DNA from: Christensenella sp. UBA1685
GTDB lineage: Bacteria > Bacteroidota > Bacteroidia > Bacteroidales > Bacteroidaceae
Direction: 5' to 3'
Length of the DNA: 24,000 nt
Assembly (NCBI GenBank): GCA_963600165.1
Contig: CAVCAV010000002.1
Location: forward strand, 15,146-39,145
Under the pieces are notes generated by a model, which did no database searches, was not told the origin of the DNA, and was given only the letters and a program-made list of their open reading frames with translations. Below are positions 6,741 to 13,456 of the stretch, piece after piece. The position numbers and the translations under genes were made by a program. Within the stretch, counting starts at the first letter, position 1; each line of letters begins with the position of its first letter.

Positions 6741-6950
6741 TTATTGTTTTCTTTTGGACGGACGGAAGAAACGGAAGGCAGCGTTCCACAGAATGCAACA
6801 CCAACCGATGATGGCGAGGATGCCTTTTGCCCATTGTACGAAGCCTGCTGGTTTGTTGGCCAGCTCCTGGTATTCAACTCCTATGAGGAATCCGAGGCAG
6901 AGCATGCACACTGCCATGTAGGTGGCTTCAAAGGCCTTTCTTCTTGTCAT
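6741..6950 (-). CDS. Hypothetical small two-TM membrane protein (69 aa)
   Basis: Track ORF 6741..7052 overlaps the purM 3' end. The internal ATG at 6950..6948 gives MTRRKAFEATYMAVCMLCLGFLIGV...GILAIIGWCCILWNAAF, with two hydrophobic helices. There is a 6-bp gap to prfA. Confidence 0.45.
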   Translation of the reverse strand: MTRRKAFEATYMAVCMLCLGFLIGVEYQELANKPAGFVQWAKGILAIIGWCCILWNAAFRFFRPSKRKQ

Positions 6951-6993
6951 GGAATGCAGGGGTGAGGTTAGGTTGGTCTGTCGGACCTCCTTA

Positions 6994-8163
6994 TTAATAG
7001 TTGAATTCGCCGAATTCGCTCTTGATGGTGAGCGAACGCTGGCCTTCTTCAATGTGTCCTACAATCTGGGCATCGATGTTGAAGCTCTTGCTAACGGCAA
7101 TGACCTGTTCGGCCATTTCGGGAGAAACGTAAACTTCAAGTCTGTGCCCCATGTTGAACACCTTGTACATCTCGGCCCAGTCCGTTCCGCTCTGTTCGGC
7201 AATGGCGCGGAAGAGGGGAGGTACGGGGAACATGTTGTCCTTGATGACGCGGCAGTTGTCGCCCACGAAGTGCAGCACTTTGGTCTGTGCGCCGCCGGTG
7301 CAGTGCACCATACCGTGTATTTCGCTACGCATCACGTCAAGCAGTTTCTTTACGACGGGCGCATAGGTGCGGGTGGGGGAGAGAACGAGTTTGCCGGCAT
7401 TGACGGGTGCGCCTTCCACGGGGTCGGTCAACTTGTAGCCGCCGCTGTAGACGAGTTCTTCGGGCACGGCATGGTCGTAGCTTTCGGGGTATTTTTCAGC
7501 GAGATATTTGGCAAACACGTCGTGGCGGGCTGAAGTCAGTCCGTTGGAACCCATGCCGCCGTTGTATTCTTTCTCGTAAGTGGCCTGTCCGCAGGACGAG
7601 AGACCTACGATGACGTCGCCCGGACGGATGTTGGCGTTATTGATAACGTCGGAGCGCTTCATGCGGCAAGTAACGGTGGAGTCGACGATGATGGTGCGCA
7701 CGAGGTCGCCCACGTCGGCCGTTTCACCGCCGGTGGCGTAGATGCCCACGCCCATGTCGCGCATTTGCTGCAGCAGTTCGTCCGTTCCGTTGATGATGGC
7801 GGAAATGACCTCTCCTGGGATGAGCATTTTGTTGCGTCCGATGGTGGAGCTTACAAGGATGTTGTCGACGGCTCCTACGCAAAGGAGGTCGTCGGTGTTC
7901 ATGATGAGCGCATCCTGTGCAATGCCTTTCCAAACCGAGAGGTCGCCCGTTTCTTTCCAGTACATGTAGGCGAGGCTCGACTTCGTGCCGGCGCCGTCGG
8001 CATGCATGATGTTGCAGTATTCGGGGTCGCCTCCAAGAATGTCGGGGATAATCTTGCAGAAGGCTTGGGGGAAGATGCCCTTGTCGATGTTCTTGATGGC
8101 GTTGTGTACGTCTTCTTTCATGGCGGAAACTCCGCGCATCATATAACGTTGCTTGCTGTCCAT
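6994..8163 (-). CDS. purM: Phosphoribosylformylglycinamidine cyclo-ligase (AIR synthase), Bacteroidetes-type
   Basis: 389 aa. RGVSAMKEDVHNAIKNIDKGIFPQAFCKI...HADGAGTKS...GGETAD matches the PurM/AIR-synthase family layout. Confidence 0.92.
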   Translation of the reverse strand: MDSKQRYMMRGVSAMKEDVHNAIKNIDKGIFPQAFCKIIPDILGGDPEYCNIMHADGAGTKSSLAYMYWKETGDLSVWKGIAQDALIMNTDDLLCVGAVDNILVSSTIGRNKMLIPGEVISAIINGTDELLQQMRDMGVGIYATGGETADVGDLVRTIIVDSTVTCRMKRSDVINNANIRPGDVIVGLSSCGQATYEKEYNGGMGSNGLTSARHDVFAKYLAEKYPESYDHAVPEELVYSGGYKLTDPVEGAPVNAGKLVLSPTRTYAPVVKKLLDVMRSEIHGMVHCTGGAQTKVLHFVGDNCRVIKDNMFPVPPLFRAIAEQSGTDWAEMYKVFNMGHRLEVYVSPEMAEQVIAVSKSFNIDAQIVGHIEEGQRSLTIKSEFGEFNY

Positions 8164-8236
8164 TGGTGTGGTTGGCTGTTTGGTTTATGGTTGGGGGACG
8201 GAACACGTTATGCTGCGGGTTCCGCGTGTATGTTTC

Positions 8237-8836
8237 TTAAAATTCTACTGTAGGCGCTTTCTCCGCTCCTGCTTCGGCTTCAAACTGCGATTTCTTTTCG
8301 AAACCGAACATTCCCGCTACGATGTTTTTGGGAAACGAACGTACCGACACGTTGTAGGTTTGCACGGCTTCGTTGAAGAGCCGGCGGCTTTCGTTGATGC
8401 GGTTTTCGGTTCCTTCGAGCTGGGCTTGGAGTTCGGAGAAGTTTTCGTTGGCTTTGAGTTCGGGGTACGATTCGCTGACGGCGAGCAAACGGCCGAGAGC
8501 CTGTGAGAGTTCGCCTTGTGCGGCTTGTATTTGCTTCAGCTTTTCGGGCGAGAGGTTGTCGGCGTCCACATTGAGCTGTGTGGCTTTGGCTCGTGCCTCC
8601 ACCACTTCCTGCAGTGTGGTGCTTTCGTGTTTGGCATATCCCTTCACAGTGTTCACAAGGTTGGGGATGAGGTCTGCGCGTCGCTGGTACTGCGTTTGTA
8701 CGTTGCCCCATGCCGTAGCTACGGCTTCGTCCTTGGCTACGAGCAGATTGTAGGAATGGAACGTGAAAAAGGCTACGATGAGCACCACGATGCCGAGCAC
8801 GAGTAAAATGGTCTGGTTTCTTTTGGGTAGAGCCAT
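8237..8836 (-). CDS. lemA: LemA family protein
   Basis: 199 aa with an N-terminal TM helix. NVQTQYQRRADLIPNLVNTVKGYAKHESTTLQEVVEAR...SESYPELKANENF..LQ.QLEGTENRI matches the LemA signature. Confidence 0.93.
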   Translation of the reverse strand: MALPKRNQTILLVLGIVVLIVAFFTFHSYNLLVAKDEAVATAWGNVQTQYQRRADLIPNLVNTVKGYAKHESTTLQEVVEARAKATQLNVDADNLSPEKLKQIQAAQGELSQALGRLLAVSESYPELKANENFSELQAQLEGTENRINESRRLFNEAVQTYNVSVRSFPKNIVAGMFGFEKKSQFEAEAGAEKAPTVEF

Positions 8837-8944
8837 AGTTGTAAGTGTAGTGACGTAATGAAATGAGATATGGGGAAACGCAATTCGTTTCTTGTCGGAT
8901 TGGACGGGTCAAGAGTAGATTGCCATTTTTATGCCGTGAGGCAA

Positions 8945-9853
8945 TTAGAAATGTCCGCCGCTACCGCCTCCGCCGAAACTTCCTCCGCCGAAGCTGCCTC
9001 CGCCGAATGAACTTCCGCTGCTGCGGCCTGAACCTCCGATGAAGGGTGGGGGGAAGAAGCCTCCGGCGCTGTTGTTGCTTTGGTTGTCGTCTTGAAAGTC
9101 GGTTTTCTGGAAGCCGCATTTCGGACACTGGCGTACCACTTTGATGTAGTAGTTTCCCGTGCTTGCGTTTTGGATGCGTTTGCGGCTGATGCACGTCATC
9201 GGGAAATGCCCGCAGTGCGGACAACGCTTGCGGCGCCGGGAACTGAAGTACGACAAGCCTGCTATACCAAAGACGAAAAAGAGCACAAGTCCGGCGAGGA
9301 AAATGTCGCCATCGTCTGCTTCGTCTTCATCGTCGTAGGAAAGCGACGGGTCTTTGCGGATGTAGCGGTCGATGTCTCTTGCCGTTTCCACCATGGCTTC
9401 GCTCCATTTCCCTTCGCGAAGCAAAGGCAGCATGGTGCGGTTTTCTATTCTTCGGCAGATGGCGTCAGGAAGCGTGCCTTCAAGTCCGTTTCCGGTGATT
9501 ATCTGATAGCTGCGGTCTTTCGATGCAAGTATTACGATAAGTCCGGTATTGTCTTTGGAACCGACGCCGTATTTCCTACCCAGTTCCATACCGAACGTAT
9601 ATGGGGCGTCGCCTTCAAGGTTTTCTACGGCAACGAAAATGGCTTGCACACCTTTTTCGTGTTCCAGGGCGTAGAGCCGGACATTGATGGAGTCTTCCGC
9701 TTCTTGCGAAAGCACGTGGTCGGGGTTGCAGACGTGTTTGCGCTCGTCCTGCAAATAGGGCATGGGCAACGTTTGCGGCGACCATTTGGCAGCAAATGCT
9801 GACAAACTTGCCAACAGACATAACGTGAGTAGTGCGGCTTTGATGTGACCCAT
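8945..9853 (-). CDS. TPM-domain (YgcG-like) membrane protein with a cytoplasmic 4-Cys zinc ribbon and a Gly-rich tail
   Basis: 302 aa. It has a signal peptide, a TPM-type domain (VAVENLEG...GLIVILASKDRSYQIITGNGLEG), and the TM helix IFLAGLVLFFVFGIAGL. These are followed by CPHC...CPKC (encoded at 9116-9223) and the tail GGSFGGGSFGGGSFGGGGSGGHF. Confidence 0.88.
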   Translation of the reverse strand: MGHIKAALLTLCLLASLSAFAAKWSPQTLPMPYLQDERKHVCNPDHVLSQEAEDSINVRLYALEHEKGVQAIFVAVENLEGDAPYTFGMELGRKYGVGSKDNTGLIVILASKDRSYQIITGNGLEGTLPDAICRRIENRTMLPLLREGKWSEAMVETARDIDRYIRKDPSLSYDDEDEADDGDIFLAGLVLFFVFGIAGLSYFSSRRRKRCPHCGHFPMTCISRKRIQNASTGNYYIKVVRQCPKCGFQKTDFQDDNQSNNSAGGFFPPPFIGGSGRSSGSSFGGGSFGGGSFGGGGSGGHF

Positions 9854-9928
9854 GCGGTTTGGCTTTTCGGACGTGCGGCCAGAGAAGTTATTTGTATTTC
9901 AGACTTCAAATGTCCAATTTTTCAAATG

Positions 9929-9936
9929 CAAAGATA
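9929..9936 (-). promoter_or_regulatory. Candidate Bacteroidetes -7 box (TAnnTTTG) for the TPM-lemA... array
   Basis: The minus strand reads TATCTTTG, ~75 nt upstream of the TPM start codon. No well-spaced -33 TTTG was seen. Confidence 0.35.
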
Positions 9937-10625
9937 GTGTTTGAGGCACGAAGATTGAAACGATTTGCAAAGTTTTTGCCCGAAACGGCATCGCTGGCAT
10001 GCTTGCATGGAGATTGCATTCTTCTGTTGGAATCTTCTTTCTGTTATAACAGATGTAAAACGCAGCTGTCTTGGTATGATGTTTGTGTGAACGGATATTA
10101 AGATGAAAATGAACGTCGGAATCTTCAAACTAGAGCGCAAAATATGGGTGAAAAGGTTTTTGCAGGCTACGAAAAGGCATCTCGTGAAAACTCCAAGGCT
10201 TGGAATTTTTACGGGGTGCTTTGGAATTTTTCCTAGATGCTTTACTCTTAAGATAAAATACGTCGTGTAAAACGCCTTTTTAGGACTCAGATAGACTTTG
10301 GTTATGTTGCAAATTGCAAGATTATTTATGAGTGTGCATTATTGTGGAATGGAAAGGGCCCTGAGATTAGCCTGTACGCCGGCGAATGTATGGTCGGAAG
10401 ATTTTACGCTATTCTCAGGGCATTACAGGCTCTTTTATGTTTGCATTCATTCACTCTTTTGCGATGGTAGTGTGATACTATAGAAGCAAACGGTATGTTG
10501 TTCAGACAACGGACGAGGTTGCGATTACATCCAAAATAGCGCCATTCATTTCCCTCGCTCTGCCCCGAAACTGCCCCTGCAAGCGAAAGTTTTGAGCATG
10601 GATGGAGAAATTCCGAAAAATTGAG

Positions 10626-10633
10626 TACTTTTG
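10626..10633 (+). promoter_or_regulatory. Candidate -7 box (TAnnTTTG) for serS
   Basis: TACTTTTG lies 28 nt upstream of the serS ATG. The nearest upstream TTTG (10590-10593) is spaced too far away for a canonical -33 element. Confidence 0.4.
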
Positions 10634-10661
10634 CTCTCAATAATTCAAAATAGTAATAGCA

Positions 10662-11936
10662 ATGCTGACTATCAAACAAATCCTCGAAGACAAAGAGGCT
10701 GTGATTCGCGGTCTCGAAAAGAAGCACTTCAACGGTGCGCGCGAAGCCATTGACCGCGTACTCGAATTCGATAACAAGCGCAAGGAAGCCCAGGCTGAGC
10801 TTGACTCCCTCAACAATCAGGTTAAGACAATATCCAAGAGTATCGGCGGCCTTATGAAAGAAGGCAAAAAGGAAGAAGCCGAAGCCGCCAAGCAGCAGGT
10901 TGCCGACATCAAGGCCAAGGGAAAGGAACTTGAAGAGGTGATGAAGCAGGCAGAAGAAGACAAGAAACTTTTGCTCTATACCATCCCCAACATTCCTTAC
11001 GACATCGTACCCGAAGGCAACGGCGCTGAGGACAACCTCGTGGTAAAGACCGGCGGTCACGACACAGTGTTGCCTGAAAATCCGCTTCCCCACTGGGAAC
11101 TTGCCAAGAAGTACAACCTCATCGACTTCGACCTTGGTGTGAAGATTACCGGCGCCGGTTTCCCCGTATATATCGGTCAGGGTGCCCGTCTGCAGCGTGC
11201 CCTCATCAATTTCTTCCTCGATGAAGCCCGTGCTGCTGGTTACACGGAGATTATGCCACCCACGGTAGTCAACCAGGCTTCCGGCTACGGCACCGGTCAG
11301 CTTCCCGACAAGGAAGGACAGATGTACCACTGCAACGAGGACGACCTCTACCTCATTCCTACGGCCGAGGTGCCCGTGACCAACATTTATCGCGATGTGA
11401 TTCTTTCCGAGGACCAGCTTCCTGTCAAGAACTGCGCCTACACCCAGTGCTTCCGTCGCGAAGCCGGTAGCTATGGCAAGGACGTGCGCGGTCTGAACCG
11501 TCTGCACGAATTCTCCAAGATTGAAATCGTTCGCATCGACAAGCCCGAGCACTCCAAGGAGTCGCATCAGGAAATGCTCGACCACGTGGAAGGTTTGTTG
11601 AAGAAACTCGAACTTCCTTACCGCATTCTCCGTCTTTGCGGCGGCGACATCAGCTTCACTGCTGCACTTTGCTACGACTTTGAAGTCTACAGCGAAGCCC
11701 AGAAGCGCTGGTTGGAAGTAAGCTCCGTTTCCAACTTCGACACCTACCAGGCCAACCGTCTTCAGTGCCGTTACCGTGGTGCCGACAAGAAAATCCAGCT
11801 CTGCCACACACTCAACGGTTCTGCCCTCGCTCTTCCGCGCATCGTGGCCGCTTTGCTCGAAGACTTCCAGACTCCTGAAGGCATCCGCATTCCCAAGGCC
11901 TTGCAGCCTTACATGGGTTGCGACATGATAAAGTAA
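10662..11936 (+). CDS. serS: Seryl-tRNA synthetase
   Basis: 424 aa with an N-terminal coiled-coil arm and a class II core (FRREAGSYGKDVRGLNRLHEF, TLNGSALALPR). Confidence 0.97.
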   Translation: MLTIKQILEDKEAVIRGLEKKHFNGAREAIDRVLEFDNKRKEAQAELDSLNNQVKTISKSIGGLMKEGKKEEAEAAKQQVADIKAKGKELEEVMKQAEEDKKLLLYTIPNIPYDIVPEGNGAEDNLVVKTGGHDTVLPENPLPHWELAKKYNLIDFDLGVKITGAGFPVYIGQGARLQRALINFFLDEARAAGYTEIMPPTVVNQASGYGTGQLPDKEGQMYHCNEDDLYLIPTAEVPVTNIYRDVILSEDQLPVKNCAYTQCFRREAGSYGKDVRGLNRLHEFSKIEIVRIDKPEHSKESHQEMLDHVEGLLKKLELPYRILRLCGGDISFTAALCYDFEVYSEAQKRWLEVSSVSNFDTYQANRLQCRYRGADKKIQLCHTLNGSALALPRIVAALLEDFQTPEGIRIPKALQPYMGCDMIK

Positions 11937-12029
11937 GTTGAAGAAGCGGGCGGGTACTTGAGAAATATAACGGCCGCTGAAACCGCAAACCTATTCCGCT
12001 CAAATTCTTCTATTCATTCCTTCATCATA

Positions 12030-12084
12030 AAAAGGCACGACAAATTGCTGTCATTTCGCGACAAACGTTTGTCGTGCCTTTTCT
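12030..12084 (+). terminator. Intrinsic terminator after serS
   Basis: Perfect 15-bp stem aaaaggcacgacaaa (12030-12044) / tttgtcgtgcctttt (12068-12082) with a 23-nt loop, ending in a T-run. The direct repeat cgacaaa (12039 and 12058) allows an alternative smaller hairpin. Confidence 0.8.
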
Positions 12085-12163
12085 ACGTTATGCCGCAAGG
12101 CAAGTGCTTCAAACGGCCCCGTTGTTGTTGAAGTTACATCCGGTTTTTTACAAACATCAGAAT

Positions 12164-12586
12164 ATGTCCCGCATACTGTCCATCGATTACGGAAAGAAAC
12201 GTACCGGTTTGGCTGTGACCGACCCTTCGCAAATCATTGCCAACGGATTGACCACTGTCGATACCCAATCGCTCATAGCCTACCTCGCGGACTATTTTTC
12301 ACACGAAGATGTGGAGCGCGTTGTCTTGGGTTTGCCTACACAAACGAATGGCGAACCGTCTGAAAACCAACGACGTGTGATGGCTTTCTTGGAGAAATTT
12401 AAGAAGAAGTTCCCTGATATGCCCGTGGAGTTGTACGATGAACGCTTCACCTCTGTATTGGCCCATCAGGCCATCCTCTCTTCCGGCATAGGAAAGAAGC
12501 GCCGTCAGCAGGACAAGGGGCTGGTCGATGAAATCAGCGCCTGCATCATTCTCCAAAGCTGGATGGAAAGCAAGATGGCATGGTAG
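12164..12586 (+). CDS. ruvX: Holliday junction resolvase-like / pre-16S rRNA nuclease RuvX (YqgF)
   Basis: Track ORF 12074.. starts inside the serS terminator. The ATG at 12164 gives MSRILSIDYGKKRTGLAVTD...VVLGLP...DERFTS, the YqgF signature. Length is 140 aa. Confidence 0.9.
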   Translation: MSRILSIDYGKKRTGLAVTDPSQIIANGLTTVDTQSLIAYLADYFSHEDVERVVLGLPTQTNGEPSENQRRVMAFLEKFKKKFPDMPVELYDERFTSVLAHQAILSSGIGKKRRQQDKGLVDEISACIILQSWMESKMAW

Positions 12587-12688
12587 TTTCCGCAGAGGAC
12601 AACAACTGTAGATTCTACTCCCTGTATTTGCATAAAGAGCTAAACGGCAATTATTTACATAGAAACATTTAAACTATCGCATTAACAT

Positions 12689-13246
12689 ATGATTCTTCCT
12701 ATTTATACTTATGGAATGCCCGTACTCCGCAAGGAGGCCGAGGATATTACCCCCGACTATCCCGAACTCAAGGAGCTCATCGCAAATATGTTCGAGACCA
12801 TGTACCACAGCGACGGCGTGGGTCTCGCAGCTCCCCAGATTGGCAAAGCCATCCGCGTGGTCGTCATCACGCTCGACTGCCTCAAGGATGAGTTTCCCGA
12901 GTATGCCGATTTCAACGAAGCTTATATCAATCCCCATATTGTGGAGTTTGATGACAGCGAAACCGAACTTCTCGACGAAGGTTGCCTGAGTCTCCCCGGC
13001 ATTCGTGAGCCGGTTCGTCGTCCGAAGCGTATCCATGTGACGTATATGGACCAGGACTTCAACGAGCACGACGAGTGGGTAGACGGCTACCTTGCTCGCG
13101 TCATGCAGCACGAGTTCGACCATCTCGACGGCCATATGTTCATCGACCGCATATCTCCCCTCCGCAAGCAGATGGTCCGCAGCAAACTTAATGCCCTGCT
13201 CAAAGGCAAATTCAACTGCGGTTACAAGGTAAAGTCCCCGAAATAA
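12689..13246 (+). CDS. def: Peptide deformylase
   Basis: 185 aa with all three PDF motifs: [18 protein letters not shown] and QHEFDHLDG. Confidence 0.97.
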   Translation: MILPIYTYGMPVLRKEAEDITPDYPELKELIANMFETMYHSDGVGLAAPQIGKAIRVVVITLDCLKDEFPEYADFNEAYINPHIVEFDDSETELLDEGCLSLPGIREPVRRPKRIHVTYMDQDFNEHDEWVDGYLARVMQHEFDHLDGHMFIDRISPLRKQMVRSKLNALLKGKFNCGYKVKSPK

Positions 13247-13270
13247 TCCAAGAAAGGAATAGGATTTTAT

Positions 13271-13415
13271 GAGCTGAGCTATGGGAGCGAACGCTGGAGG
13301 CGAACGATGGGGGCGAAGTCTCCTGACTTCGCGCTCTACACGGTAAAAGTAACACAAGTCCGCGCATGCGAGCTCGGGAGAGCTCGCCCCCATCGCTCGC
13401 CCCCATCGCTCGCCC
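13271..13415 (+). repeat. Structured intergenic repeat, copy B (downstream of def), with flanking inverted arms and a 13-bp tandem duplication
   Basis: The 37-nt core is at 13307-13343. The second hairpin gcgagctc-ggga-gagctcgc is at 13369-13388. The unit ctcgcccccatcg is repeated in tandem from 13383 (2 full copies plus a partial copy). That unit is the reverse complement of the left arm cgatgggggcga (13305-13316). Confidence 0.85.
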
Positions 13416-13456
13416 GAAACGTCCTTCAAATCATCATACCAAAGCCACCCCCTCCC

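Noticed and set aside
9859-10483. Three short ORFs (80, 72 and 61 aa) in the long spacer
   Set aside because: They overlap one another, have Cys/Phe/Leu-rich improbable compositions, and carry no motifs. The region is treated as non-coding.
10404-11807. 467-aa minus-strand ORF opposite serS
   Set aside because: It lies antisense to an unmistakable seryl-tRNA synthetase. The sequence is Val/Gly/Leu/Phe-rich with no motif. It is a typical shadow ORF produced by the codon bias of the sense gene.
13383-13415. Possible CRISPR or other spaced repeat array
   Set aside because: There are only ~2.5 directly abutting 13-bp units with no spacers, and no cas genes in the window. It is part of the intergenic repeat.
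13307-13456. 5' extension of the TPR ORF. Analogous extensions are 19717-19830 (pyrB), 12074-12163 (ruvX), 6951-7052 (small membrane ORF) and 23688-23750 (higA)
   Set aside because: These extensions start inside a repeat, inside a terminator or inside the upstream gene. They precede the point where family homology or a signal peptide begins.
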